DNA of 43,322 nucleotides from Hydrurus foetidus. Taxonomy: Eukaryota. A program made the translations under genes and the position numbers. The notes below the pieces were generated by a model. That model did not search any database and was not told the DNA's origin. It was given only the letters and a program-made list of their open reading frames with translations. The DNA is taken from positions 1-43,322 of the forward strand of contig UYFQ01000199.1 in assembly GCA_900617105.1 (NCBI GenBank). Direction: 5' to 3'. Below are positions 21,334 through 34,369 of the stretch, piece by piece (positions within the stretch are counted from its first letter, which is position 1; each line of letters begins with the position of its first letter).

Positions 21334-24300
21334 CTAAGAGAGTCGGGAGTTGTATTTTGACCTGTGTTATGGATGAGGGGAGAAAAGAAGAGAGGACGCG
21401 AAAAGATTAGATTAGATGAGAAACATGCCATGTCATGTCATGCCACTGCATTGCATCCACGACAAGAATGACAAATACGCATCACATTGTACGCTTGATA
21501 AATACACATTATCAATCATATTCGCTATATAAACACAACATTCCCTTCACCCGTACAGTACAGTACCTCCAGTACCCCTCTTGAAACCCCCCCTCTGGGG
21601 GATCATCGAAAAGAATGCCTTCAGCCCTGACCCCACTTTGGACCCTAAGATCGTCCCTATCCCTGGGCATTGAAAAGATGGAGAGGAAGGGGGTGGAGGG
21701 GAGGGGAGTGTAACAAGTGAAGAGAGAGTTCGTGCGAGGGAGGTGAGGGGAGTGGAGTGGTGGCGATGAGGTATGGGCAGAGTTGATTCGGCTAGCACAT
21801 TGAGAGAGTTACAGGTCAGGTAAGGATGAATTTCTATACCTGATGAGTGAGACCGATGTAGCTACAGTACTGTTGCTATTGTTACCATTCCTGCTGCTGA
21901 ATGAAGTAAGATCAGGGTCTAGATAGGAGTAGGGAGAGTAACCTGGAGTACTCTGGTAAATAGTGGATGCCATGTGCATTTTCTTCTCTTGAGGAGTTAG
22001 CAGAAGGCTTTCTGTCGGGAAGATTGACCTAGTGTCTAACTGACCAGTGACGTACTTGTCCCTGTACAATCAGAAGCGATGAAAATGGCTATGAGAGGCG
22101 AAGTGATGACTTAATAGACTTAATAGAAAGGCAATAAAGAACGTGTAAAAGAAAATTGAAGTATAGATAAGTAAAGGATAGATACCTGCCATTCATTTGA
22201 CTGCCTGAGGGACCAGGGTAAGTGCCTATCTTTCTCTCCTGTTCGAATTGTTGTTGTTGTTGGTGTGGACGAAACATTCTCTGTATGGCTTGTTCCGAAG
22301 CGTGTAATACCCCAGGGTCCAGAATCCTCCCACTGCTACTACTGCTGCTAATGTTGGGTGCTTGGTAGGTGGAGGTGTTGTCTGAGTGCATAATGACGAG
22401 AGAAGATAGGGGAAGACAAGGGGGGGGAGTATAGATGGTTCATCACCATGTGATGTAAAGATGGTTGTCAATAGAATGAGCAGCAAAGATGGTGGGCTTA
22501 CTTTGGAACAGTTTGATGCGCACTGGGGATGGTCTGCTGCTGCTACTACCACTCCCAGGAATATGGCTATGACTGACATCTAAGTCAACCTCAGGCACCT
22601 GGGAGATGTTTGATATCGTGAGCAGCTGGTGCTTCATAGCAGTCAATTGGCCGTGTATCAGAGACATTGTCTGTATAGCCAGAGAGTCCTCGTCTTTGTC
22701 CTTCTGACCTCCATGTTGATTGCTACTCTTCTTCCCTACTGCCTTCTTGCTTCTATTCCCTGCATTACTAGTAGAATGCCTTCCGTTGTAGTCTACATCC
22801 CTGCTATCTTCCATCACAGAACTCTCTTCATCCTCGTCATGCCCTTCCTCATCTGCATTAACATCCGGACCGGAATCCATGTGTATGCTTCTTCTCTTCG
22901 ACCCCCTTGGGCTGTCAGAGCGATATCGACCATTGCCCAGACCTCCTCTCTCCTTCTCCCTATCCCGCTGTCGCTCTCTCTCCCTCTCTCTGCCATTCTC
23001 CCTTCCTGGACTGATAAACGCTCTCCTCCTCCTCATCGACTTGCGATCTTCAAGCTCCTCCTCTAACTCATCCACTCGGCGCTGGTGAATAAATTGATGT
23101 TGGTGAATATGATGATGATAATGAATACAATAATTTTGTACATGAAGTGTTGCAAGTCTGGATGACATGAACGAAAATTGGTCGACATGATTTCACAACT
23201 ATAAGAGGGTGCCATCAGCAGAATAAGAACGCACAGTACGTACAACATTTCTGGAGGCAGAGAATTGTAGTGTCGGATACTGTACAATACTGCAGAGCAA
23301 TATGCTGTAAAAGGGCACAGTGAGGTACGGTGCTGTACGGTACTACGCAGTACGTTACACAGCAGATCGGAATTTACCTGCAGTCTCTGAGAGTGATACC
23401 GCAGTCTATCCAGCTCCGCCTGAATGAAGGAAGAAGGGGGGAAGGAAGAAAGGAAGAAAGGAAAAAGGGAATGAAGGAAAAAAGGAGGAGGGGGAAAGAA
23501 TGGAATTAACTGAATGCAAACAAAATAACGAGATCATGCTGAATTATTGCTGTGATGTGCAACCCAAGCAATACGATGGACACGAAAGTGCTATCGGAAC
23601 AGAACGGAACGAAGTGGTACCTTTTCTTCAGCATGTGTTACTCTGTGTCTGGCTTCCCTCTCTGCTTGCCCCCCTTGCATCTCTAACAGCTCTTGCTTCA
23701 CCCTCTCCGTCTGGTTCTCATACCTAAAGAAGAAAAGTCACAGTGATTCTTATAGTGCTATGGTGTGTTTAATCCATGATTTAAGATTTTCCAATCAAGA
23801 GTTATCACAACAGCAAAAGTTAACAATGAAACGTAAGGACGGACGGAATGTCCTCGAGGGTATCTAGTTCTCTTGTGTTCAAACTATCAAATACAGTGGG
23901 ACACAATAAGAGGAGAGGGCTAACCTCATCTTGGCTGATGAAACCTCTTTCTCAACCCGTAACGCCAATTGGCTTTCCACCCTCTCCACAGCGGTGCTCA
24001 CTATTTTCGGCACCTAGATAGAGGAAGGAGGAGGAGGGTGGTGTCATAGTTTGATTGGTATAGGTTGAAAAAAGAGAAGGCAGGATGACGAGGAGAAGGG
24101 ATGGTGGTACAATGGGTTGATTTATATAGTTTGATTACAGAATGAGCTTGCGGCGTCTGAGGTACACATCTCGAGAATATAAGAAGGGTCCATGAAAGGA
24201 AGAAAGGTCGGACGGAGAGGAATGGAGAAGCGGGTGTGTCGCATCTAATTGCAATGCGTAGAGATGAACTGAGCAATATTCCCTCACTCGCAAACGTCAA

Positions 24301-27300
24301 ATAACACAATCCGTTCCACCAACAGACCTTCTCTGCAATATCTTTCTTGAGGTCCTCTAATTCCGCTTTGTGTCTACGTGCCATCTCAGCCCTCACAGCT
24401 TTCTCTTCTTGGATGACGACCTTAAGGGTGGAGATCTCCGCCTCGTACGTCATTCGCACCTCCTGAGAAATTATACGGATATGAGAGTATGATCGTGATA
24501 ATGCTTGAGAGAATGCTTGAGATTAGATTCAATGGGTGGTGCAGTGTCCCGTGAAAAGGACATCACGACATCCTAATCAAAGTATCGTCACACACCACAT
24601 GATATAACATGAAATGACGGTAACTGCCATAATATGCAAAAATGGTGTAAGTACGGAACGTTTCATCAGTGCACACAGTCAGAGCCGTTACATCTATTCG
24701 GCCCTCTGCATCGTCAGCCCTCTGCTTCTCATCGCGCAGATTGCGTTCTAAGTGTCCAATGAAAGCGGTGAAAGAATGTTAGATGGTGAGTGTTAGCAGA
24801 TGGTCATCAATGGCATCGGCTAAGATGATGCATTGAAGGGCATCGAAGAGAACAGCATGGTAAATGCTCCATGATAGAGTACAGCATCAAAAAGTTGACT
24901 TACAGACGACATTGAACAGCATCGAATAGCATGATAAAACAAAACACAACACAACACATCTTTACCTCTCAGTCGCATGAGCTCTTCAAATGTCCTCGAC
25001 TCCTTTTCCAGAGAAACACACCGCACTGCCTCTGCTTGAGCTTTTGCCTCCACGTCCACTAGGCGGTCCCTCAATCGACTTCAATGGAGAATGGGAGAAT
25101 ATAGTATTAGTCCCTGCATGCGCCTCATTCTTAGATTAAGTCTTCTGATAGGTGCATCGCAACAGAGAAGAATAGAAGTTGGAGGATCACTCACTCACCT
25201 TTCCTCATACTCCGCCTTGTCGAGAAGTCTCTGCAAGTCCCTAGAGAGATTAAAGCAGTGGAATGAATTAGATAATTGAGAGAGGGGTTACGTTGAGTTT
25301 AAGTCACCAAATCGCATCGCAAAAAATAAAATAAAAGTAAGACCGAAAAAAGTTAGGCCAACGAGCATAGCAGAAAATTGTGCATGCGTGTGTGGCAATG
25401 ACGCACATTTAGGTGAATACTTCTCATGCAAAGAAAGAGAAAGGAGTATTAAATATGAAAACAGAGCAACACGAAGAGACAGAGGTCTTGTGCTCGATTC
25501 GATATTACTGAAGTCACAACTCAACAGGAGCACCATTTATTTGTACTCGAAAATGACCGGTGATAACAACGGCGATAACTCTATAGTCATCAAGTATACT
25601 TCAATAAAATTACACAAAGTGCTGTGCGGTGTTATATTCGACAATAAGATAACTCTCACCTGTTTGAGGAGTTCTCTGCGTTGAGGGCGAGGTCCATCTG
25701 AGTTCTCAGCACGGAGTTCAAAGCATCCAGCTCAGCTACGCGGGAGTTCTGTCTGTTGATCTCACTCTGCAGTAGATCGAGTGGAATAGGGGCAGATGTA
25801 GGCACAAGCGATGATGAGAGGTGTAGAGGAGACATCAAGGTCGATCAAAATTGACACATCGATGAGATCAAAAACGAGAGAGGAAATATGAGAAGGATTT
25901 GTAGAGAAGATTTTGGAAGGCACAGAAGGTGTGCTTCAAATCTCATCAAGCCATAATGAATTGAAACCCGTCTGCTGATTTGTTGAGGAGACGAAGGATA
26001 GATTGACATGACAATGCGGTGAGTGCAGTACAGTACAGTACAGTACAGACAGTACAGTACAGTACAGTACTGTACGTACTTGTGTAGTCGCCTTGAGTCG
26101 CTTAAGGTCAGAAGTAGTCAGAGCGAGTTTCTCCTCATTTATACTGCATATGGTCTGTAGCTTCCTCGTGTCTCCATCCTGTGTCTCTCCTATTGATCTG
26201 GACAGCAGCAGGTCAGCCTTCATCTGAGCACACTCGCTGTCCAAGTGCTGGATGCGATGCGTGGCTTGGATCAGAGCAGAGTGGGATGTCTGCCCTTCTG
26301 ACATGGCCCCTGCTGCCTGTGCCTTGGCAGCTTCACACTCGGCCATGGCTACCTGTGCAGTCTGCAAGGCACTAGCCAGCCTGCTTGCCATTGCTCCGTG
26401 GTCATCTCTGTGTTTGCGATATTCTGCCCCTTGTGTCCTCAGCTGTTCTTCCAGGTCCTTCACCATTGCCTTCGCAGCATCTGCCTCCGCCTTGCCCTCT
26501 AACTTTCCGTCCTCTTTGCTCAACCCTGCTTTTCTCTTCACAGTCTCTAGTTGCTCTAGACATTCTTCTAGCTTTTTTTTGTTTGAGATGCTTTCTATTT
26601 TCGCCTCCTCTATTTCCAGATTATAGCGTCGCTCCAGAGCCTTCGACATCGCATCACATCACGATATAATAAAATAAAGTGAGACGAAAAGAGCTCATCA
26701 GATTACAGTGATGAAAGAAACATGGTCCCAAGAAGTCGCAGGAGATATTTCATGACATAACATGGCTACGCGACTACAGCGAGAAAATACAATGGCTAAA
26801 GAAAAAGGAATTAGACATTCACATACCTTCGTTTTCTCTCTCAGGTCTTCATCAGCCTCAGCTTTGGTTTTCTTTTGATTTTCTCTTAACCTAGAGTCGG
26901 CAGCATCTTCCGTCTCCCTTACACGGGCATCTCCTTCGCTTAGAAACTTTGTGAGACGCTCTGTGATGTGTTACGACAGGTAGAGAAGGAGTAAAGTCAG
27001 ATGTTTCAAAATCGTGAAGAAGACATTCAAAGAATAAGGAGGATTTTGGTTGAGGAGATTGATTGAATAATTAGCCTGAATAGCATTCACCTTCAGTGTC
27101 TCTGCGTCCCTCCTTCTCAGTTGTGAGTCTCTCTTCGAGACGACTGTTACTCGCCCTCATCACATCCAGCTCCTACCGAAGGATGAGTTAGCGTACAGCG
27201 TGAGTCAGCATAGCATTGATGAGTAGTGCTGTACAGTAGAGAAATCCTCTTACTCTTTGAGTCATGCGATTGATAAGGTATCAAATGAAATGCTGCGACA

Positions 27301-28520
27301 GGGGACTATACAGTGTAGAATAGTGACAGTGTAGTATAGCATACCTGCACATGTCTGTGCCTCAGGTCTGCGATGCGATCCTCCAGATCTCTGTTAGCAG
27401 CCTTCGCAGCTGCTGCCTCCGCCACCAAAGAAGAGTTAGCCGCAGTGCTGCTTTTCTCCGCTGCTCTCTCCCTCTCATTGTCACGCTCTCTGTCCCTCTT
27501 CTCCTTCTCGCGTAAGTCTTTCTCTCTGGCTTCTCTATCACGACTTTCTCTTTCACTATTCTCTCTATTCCTTGATTCCTTTTCTTGAGCTTGCCTCGCA
27601 GCAGCCCTATCCTTAGCGTCTTTACCCGGACTTTTCGATCTTGTATCTCCCTTGTCAATCGCACTGCTCTTCTGGATATCCTTTCCCTTGTTCGCGTCAT
27701 CTTTCCCACGTGCTGTTCCATCCCGTGTGGATATCGGAACAGGCTCGTTATCCATATCATCATCCCATGAAATCGACTCTGATCTGGATCTGTCGGTCTT
27801 TGCTGCTTTATCTTTGTCGGCAGTTGCTTCATTCCAAGATGTCTTCGTGGCAGTTTTCTTCTCCGTCTCCTTCCGCACATTCTTCGGCTGGAAAACAGTT
27901 TTTACAACGTCATCTACCTCATCATCAGAAAGAAAATCAGCAGCGGACATGCCATACGATTGACCCACAGCTTCATTCTTTTTTGCGCCAGTACTGGCTG
28001 ATGAAGGCTTTTTAAATTTACCAACAGAGTCATCGTCATCATCATCATGGAAAAATTCTGAAACTTCCACCACGTCATTTTTGCCTCGCGAAGTATTTGA
28101 CTTGCTGTCCTTGCTTTTCGCAGTGCTGTGACTACCTGAGTTCCTATCGGCACTGTCACGACCTCTATCATTTTGATTGACATGATTACGATTTGAACCC
28201 TGATTATCTGTCTTTCGATTACGTTTCTTTTCCTCCTGCTCTAACTGGATTCTCTTCTTCTCCTCCTTCACTTTTTTTATGTAGACGGCCTCCTTGGGAT
28301 GTTTCCACACGCTTGCCCCAGAATCTTCATTGAAGAAATAAGGTATGCCCGCATTGTCGCCATCACCTATTCCCAGCGCCCACCCCGTCGGTAAATTTCG
28401 AAGTGCATTCTCAGCTATCGGAAGCAGCTCCTGCTCGCTCTCGAGATCTATTCCAAGGTAATGAGCAAACACAAGTACTGCAGTCGATATATCTGCTTCA
28501 TCAAGTGATTCCTCACTCAT
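21334..28520 (-). CDS. CEP164: CEP164-like WW-domain/coiled-coil centriolar protein, >15 exons
   Basis: N-terminus FAHYLGIDLESEQELL.IAENAL..LP.GW...PYFFN..SG.SVWKHP matches the CEP164 N-terminal/WW module. Long coiled-coil exons follow (e.g. 26645-26080). Hand-spliced C-terminus ...GFQEGYWRSKYNSRLS* ends at 21334. Exon structure is approximate and orthology is inferred. Confidence 0.7.
26025..26072. repeat. (CAGTA)n pentanucleotide microsatellite, intronic
   Basis: Direct reading; lies next to the splice donor at ~26079. Confidence 0.85.
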
Positions 28521-29063
28521 TCTTTATCTTTCTGCGGATCTCCCGTCTGATGATTGCAAATCGCATCAGAGTTGAAAGCAATTTCTGAAATAAATCTCCA
28601 GGAGTCCTTAGGAACTCGATATCACCTCATGATGTGCTTTTAGAGTCAACACGCGATATTCTATGTGGGTTTTGATGTCACTGCTACATGTTGACAGTTG
28701 AGTTACAGTTAGGCAACGGACATATTTACGAGAGGACTGTGGGTCAGCGGTCAGCATCATATGCCGTAAGACCTCAAAAGTTTTACCATAGTATATACAG
28801 TTTACTGTTTACTGTTCTGTATACAGTATAATTTTGCGAGGTACTACTTAAAGTCGTTGAAAAACTCACAATTTGGAATTGAATTGTGTTCTAGCAGAAG
28901 GATGTTGAATGTGTTTTTAAGATGGAGTGTGCCTCCAATTTTCTAAAAGTTGTTTTCTAGGTGCATGTTGCCAATAGTTAACTCGTTCTTGATCAAGTAT
29001 ATTTCAATGCGCTGCCATGCTCTGTAAAACTCGATTCTCCCCCAGTCGGTACTGTATAATATG

Positions 29064-30751
29064 CTGTGTTGGGGCATAGGCATAGGCGCCTATATAGGCA
29101 AACGGAAAGTATGCCTATATAGGCGCCTATATAGGCTTGATCTGATCGCATAGGCAAAACCTCTAAAATAAGCCTAATCTGTGGTATTGCATAATAGGCT
29201 TGATTTAGAAGATTCCTGTGGTATTTGCTGTCAGTTAGGTGCGGTGATGTCATCACACACTCTTTGCGAACGGCGAACCCCACGATCAGTAGCTTTGTAT
29301 AAGGGTTCTGTTGAGGGAATCGATTCAGAAAGTGTCTACTATTGGCAGAAATATGGAAAGTGCGACAGCGACAGCGACAGCTACAGCTACTGCTACTGCT
29401 ACTGCAAGCAGCCCGGCGGCTAATGCTGTTATGCCCCGGGATGTCACACTTGGTACTCCGCAGCCAACAGAACCTGTAATTCGGTTCATGTGGATTATCT
29501 GTGCTGTTGGTGGTAACAAAAAGTTCCAGTGCAAACTTTGTGGAGGAAGATTTACTGGTCAAAAGTCTACGGTAATAACTCACTTCGTCAGTGACTTCAG
29601 TGAGCAGCGAGTTTCAAAGTGCATGGAAAATGTACCGGAGGAACTGCACGATGAGTTGAAAATTGCAGTTGAGAAGAAAAAGAAGGAGGACGATTTGAAA
29701 AATCAAGCAAGGCCGCAGGCGGACAGCGCTTGTCTCGAGAGAGGGAGAAGGACATCACGTCCCTGCTGTGTCTAGCGGCGGCTATGGTCCTCCCTAAACA
29801 TGTTTACGTTGAGGATGGAAATTATGTATACGTCGTAGAGGGTGGACAAGCAGCAGTGATTTCGGTCATTGACAGGTATTACGAAGACGTAGACAAGCAA
29901 ATTGAGGCCCTGAAGAATTTTCAATACTTCAGGTCAAAATCAGGGGAGCTTTTCGGACCACCTCGCCTGATCCATGCCGGCAGGAACAACAACGCTGACG
30001 ACTTCTGGTCGCTTGCGGTTATGGTGGAACCTGTAGGATGCGAAGTTTTCAGAAAATTAGTAAATGGTTACAGTGGTCAAGGTGAAAGTGAGCGTATGAA
30101 CAAGCAAGTCAAAAAGTTTCGGACAACGACGAGAAATCGGCAGTCCCATTTGGTCACTTCTGCGTACATGGAATTAGATTCATCTATGATATGATGCGCA
30201 GTAAGAAGGAAGGTCCGAAAGTAGGCACTTACTTGGAATGCCTTCGTGATAAGTACAGGGATGTCCGAGAGATTCTGGTGCTTGAAGCTGAGGACAGAGA
30301 CTTGGCTGCCCTAGCGGCTGATGCGGAGTCTGATGGGGCAGAAGGCGACGAGGACGAAGGCGACTATGATGGGGACATTCCTGATGTTAGTAGAGATGCC
30401 TTGATTGATCTGCTGAACGCAGCAGCGATGATCGAGTGATATGATTTATTGTGGTAGCACAGCAGACACTGATAGTAATGCTTGTTGATATTCGCAATGA
30501 CTATTTGATTTGAGCGCCTGCTCCTAACACTTCGAAACTCGAATCTGTAACGTAAGAAGTAGCCGTTTTTAATTTTCATTTTCATATTCATGTCCATTTT
30601 CATGTTTGGTTCCTGAGAAACCGTATAAATGTACAGAAGTACCGTATAGATCGTGTGTGCTGTGCCTATATTGCCTATATAGGCAGTGGGGGCCCAAATC
30701 ATGCATATTGCCTATATATCTGGGGCATTTTTTGCCTATGCCCCAACGCAG
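29064..30751 (+). mobile_element. hAT DNA transposon, internally deleted (non-autonomous), 1688 bp
   Basis: 19-bp TIRs CTGTGTTGGGGCATAGGCA (29064-29082; 30733-30751, one mismatch). Perfect 8-bp TSD ATAATATG (29056-29063, 30752-30759). Subterminal GCCTATATAGGC palindromes. Confidence 0.95.
29353..30439 (+). pseudogene. Truncated hAT transposase: BED zinc finger and C-terminal region, central catalytic core largely missing, frameshifted
   Basis: W..C...FQCKLCG...ITHF...C (BED) is joined near 29770 to a C-terminal part (DFWSL...GESERMNK, hAT dimerisation region). Three broken ORFs. Confidence 0.8.
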
Positions 30752-30949
30752 ATAATATGTGCGGAATAGGGTAGGAAATGTTGCTTCCGGTAGAAACTTA
30801 CTATATTTAGGTGTGCCTTTTACACAACGTACCAGACTGATGACTGATGATGAGAGAGGGTGCTGTGTAAACAGTGGAGTTGACAGAACCTCCAGTATTT
30901 TCAATTTATCAGAGAGACCGGTTCGGTGAGTTTGCACTGGAATTGTCCA

Positions 30950-32282
30950 ATGCTGAGCTCATCTTCATCTATCATCCGTTCTGTGATCGAAAAAGCTGAA
31001 AACAGAGCTTCAGTGCTTATCTCCCTGGAGAAGTCTTATGGCAGTACCGCCCAGCAGAAGACTCCGAAGAAACAGCATTTGGCATGCGCAATACCATTAT
31101 CTATTGGCGTTGGCCGTCAGATACAGACACTTCAAGCGGTGCTCTGTGATGACAGCGAAAAACTTCGGAAAGCATTACATGACTCACTTCTCGGGAAATC
31201 GATTGTTTTGACAAATCTTAAATCCCAAACGGATGCCTCAAAATCAGCGAAAAGGGTGAAAAGGTGAAAGCAAATTCTGTTCAGCTTGCGATAAGAGTGT
31301 GCCAATCACTTTTCGTAACTCCTATCTCTACATCAACATCGTTCGTCCCTGTAAATAGTGCACTAGGAAAACAGAGATCAAAACAAACTTCAAAATCAAA
31401 ACTGAAACGTCTGTCCCTCTGCGATCCGCTGACTCCGCCACTGGCAGCTGATCTGCACACTCTGAACAGTCTTTGGTGTATGTACATGTCGAGTATTCTG
31501 AAGGGAGCGCAAAGCGAGGCACAGCTTCAAGCGAGGTGAGAATTTCAAAATACTTGGCATTAATGGGTCAACATCATATTCAACATCTAGTAAACAATAT
31601 CTATGATATCCTGCACAGACTTATTACAGCCGAGTTGGTGGGAGCCCAGGTGTTTGTGGTAAAGAGTGGGACTGATAAATGTCCCAATAAATGCAGTGGT
31701 CGTAGAGGAATTATCAGCGCTGTCTCGAAAACATCTTTTTACATCGCTTATGAAACGATGGTTGTCATAGCTTCTACGACATCATCAGTGGAGGAGATAG
31801 CCCAGTCAGTAGCCATAACATCCTGTATGATATCTCAAGAGGATGCGGCAGCCTGCAGCAGCAGCAGCGGCAGCAGCAGCATTGAATTATCCGGTGATGA
31901 CTTCCTCTGTGACTACATAGAGGAATCTTCATCTAGTAGAACCAGCCCTCATTGTAATGGACTACATGATGATGACACATCTGCAATGACTGATTCGCAT
32001 GAAGTCAACATGAACTCCGAGCCCATTGAAGCATCGGCAGGTATGCAGAGTAAATCCGATTTACCTGTGAAGAAAAAAGAACTGACTTGGGCACCAGGTG
32101 TGGTGGTAAAAAGGATTTTAAAAGAAACTTGCATTCTAGCGGTAGTGCTGCCTGCGCAGAAGAACAGCTCCAGCAATAAAAGGGGTAGAGAAGGCGGGGC
32201 TATGACTGAGGCTAACAATGGTCGCATTTGCCTGTTGCATGGAATACATCATATGCCTTTTACAAACCAGTCTTTAATATGA
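30950..32282 (+). CDS. POP4: RNase P/MRP subunit p29 (POP4/RPP29), 3 exons
   Basis: LNSLWCMYMSSIL, TAELVGAQVFVVKS, CSGRRGII, KRILKETCIL and CLLHG follow the Rpp29 pattern. Introns at ~31264-31359 and ~31536-31618. Confidence 0.75.
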
Positions 32283-32869
32283 AGACTAGTCTTTCGGTAA
32301 AATAATGGTCGGTCTTTCAGTGAAATGGAAGCTAGTCATTCAAAGTTCCTCTTTTTGCAAATCTGTTACGGTAATCACTAGCGAGCACTCCTAATGGGTG
32401 CGTGGATAGGAGAGTGAATGAGCTTACCTTCCATCCAACATCACTTGTGTCTACAGAGCCCCCCTCAATGCCATCCAGAATTGAGCCATACAAACCGAAA
32501 AATGCCATGATCCACTACAGCAAGTATCCATAAAGCCTAACACTGACGCACAATTAGTCGCCGCTGCATGAAAAATGAACAATTCTCATGATCGCGAAGT
32601 CGCCTTACAGCGAAAGACGAAGCTTTGGCTGAGATGCATGATATGGTGCTGTAAAGTTGCTGAAGATCAGTAGACATTTCTAAACTGCCATGTCCTAAAC
32701 AGTCAAATCCCTGAGCCAAAGATGCATCGGATAGAATAGTGAACATCATATATTACTAATAACCAACATCGGAAAAATTGTGCCACATCAAAAAAATTAA
32801 TTCTTTGGACCTAAAAATAGTGTTTTTCCACCTAAATTTCAGTTTCCTGTTGCTCTTGTATCTTCATGC

Positions 32870-34258
32870 ATGAAGGTCGATCTCGATCTTGATCTCGATC
32901 TCTAATCTGCTTTATCCTTTATCAACCTGCAGGCATTCACCATCCCAACCACGACTTTGCGTAGAACTGTGCTTCGTAGGAATGAAAGCATGCATTCTCA
33001 TCCTAATTCCGATTTCTCCTTAAAATGCGAACTCTTTGCACCAGACTTTGGCGCAGACAGTTTGGAGTTTCTTGAAACTATTAGTATCAGTGACGTGAGT
33101 CGCACAAGACTCGTGAAGTGCCGCATCGACAGTAAATACTATGCCCTCAAATCTTCAAAAAAGTATGCGCTGGTGTCGACGAATCAAACTCAGCACGCTC
33201 TGAATGAAGTACAAATACTGTCCCGATTGCGATGTTGCTTTGTGCCTGAGCTTTATTCAGTTTTTCAAGATGAAAACACATTATTTCTTCTACTTGAGTA
33301 CGTTCCTGGGGGGGAGCTGTTCTCTCATCTTCGGCGAAGAGGCGTCTTTGATTTTGCGATGTATCAGTTTTATGCCACAGAGATTGCCTGTGCCCTGAAG
33401 TATTTACATAATTTGAATATTCTCTACAGAGGATTGAAACCTGAGAATATCGCAATTACTCGTAGTGGGCATATCCGCCTTATTGATTTCAGTTACTCGA
33501 AGATAATTGAGGAGAGAAAAACTTTTACCCTCTGCGGCACACCGGAATATTGTGCACCTGAAATACTCTTGGGAACAGGGTATGGGAAATCTTCCGACTG
33601 GTGGGCGTTCGGTGTTCTTATTCATGAGATGTCTTGTGGCTACTCGTGCTTCATGGGAGATTCCCCCTTCGTTATTTACAACAAGATCGCGGCAGCAAAA
33701 GTAAACTTTCCTCGATCGCTTCCACGAAGCACAAGAAATATCATTCGAGGCCTTCTGATTAAAGATAGACGATTTCGCTTAGGTAAATGTCATGAGAATA
33801 TCCTTCATTTTTCAGCTATCCTTGGCTGCTTTGAAGGCTGGATATCATTTTTTACTTGATTACTCCAAGTTTGCAATCTATCGTCCACAGAATCAAATGC
33901 TACATGATCTTTTAGGCTGTGGTCGAGGTGGATTCGGAAGTATAGAGTCGCAATCCTTTTTTGCTGGCATCAATTGGACAAGGTCTGCTTACTGTTTACC
34001 AACGAACAAGCTGTCTTGAATGATTCACTGTCGATAACTCATATCATTCTAATCACATTCAAACATCCACTTCGCAGCGCTGGAAGAGAGCTTATAGCTT
34101 CGCCAGCTGCCCCATCCGTGGAAATCGATGGCGACACAAGCAACTACGACTTTTACGAAGAAGATGATTCAGAAGTTGTCAACAACCTTTCTGCCTCTCA
34201 AAGGGACGATTTTATATTATTCGACAGTATGATAGGCAAAATGAATCCAGCTGGTTGA
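32870..34258 (+). CDS. AGC-group PKA-C/PRKX-like kinase with degenerate catalytic motifs (pseudokinase)
   Basis: YYALK, LEYVPGGELFSHLR, TLCGTPEYCAPE, DWWAFGV and the tail GDTSNYDFYEE are present, but YRG replaces HRD/YRD and DFS replaces DFG. Exons ~32933-33782, 33916-33982, 34078-34258. Start is 32870 via a micro-exon, or 32990. Confidence 0.85.
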
Positions 34259-34369
34259 TCATTTGGGACAGTTCGATCTCAATTCTCGGTAAGCACACTT
34301 GAAGATTTCACGCAGCATAAAATTATTCTGTGGAACACTGCAGTTCGATGATAAGTTTCATTATTTTTC

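Noticed and set aside
28770..28842. Imperfect inverted repeat upstream of the CEP164-like gene
   Set aside because: Too many mismatches and no TSD; cannot be told apart from chance.
28993..29583. 196-aa minus-strand ORF
   Set aside because: Antisense to the hAT BED exon and crosses the TIR.
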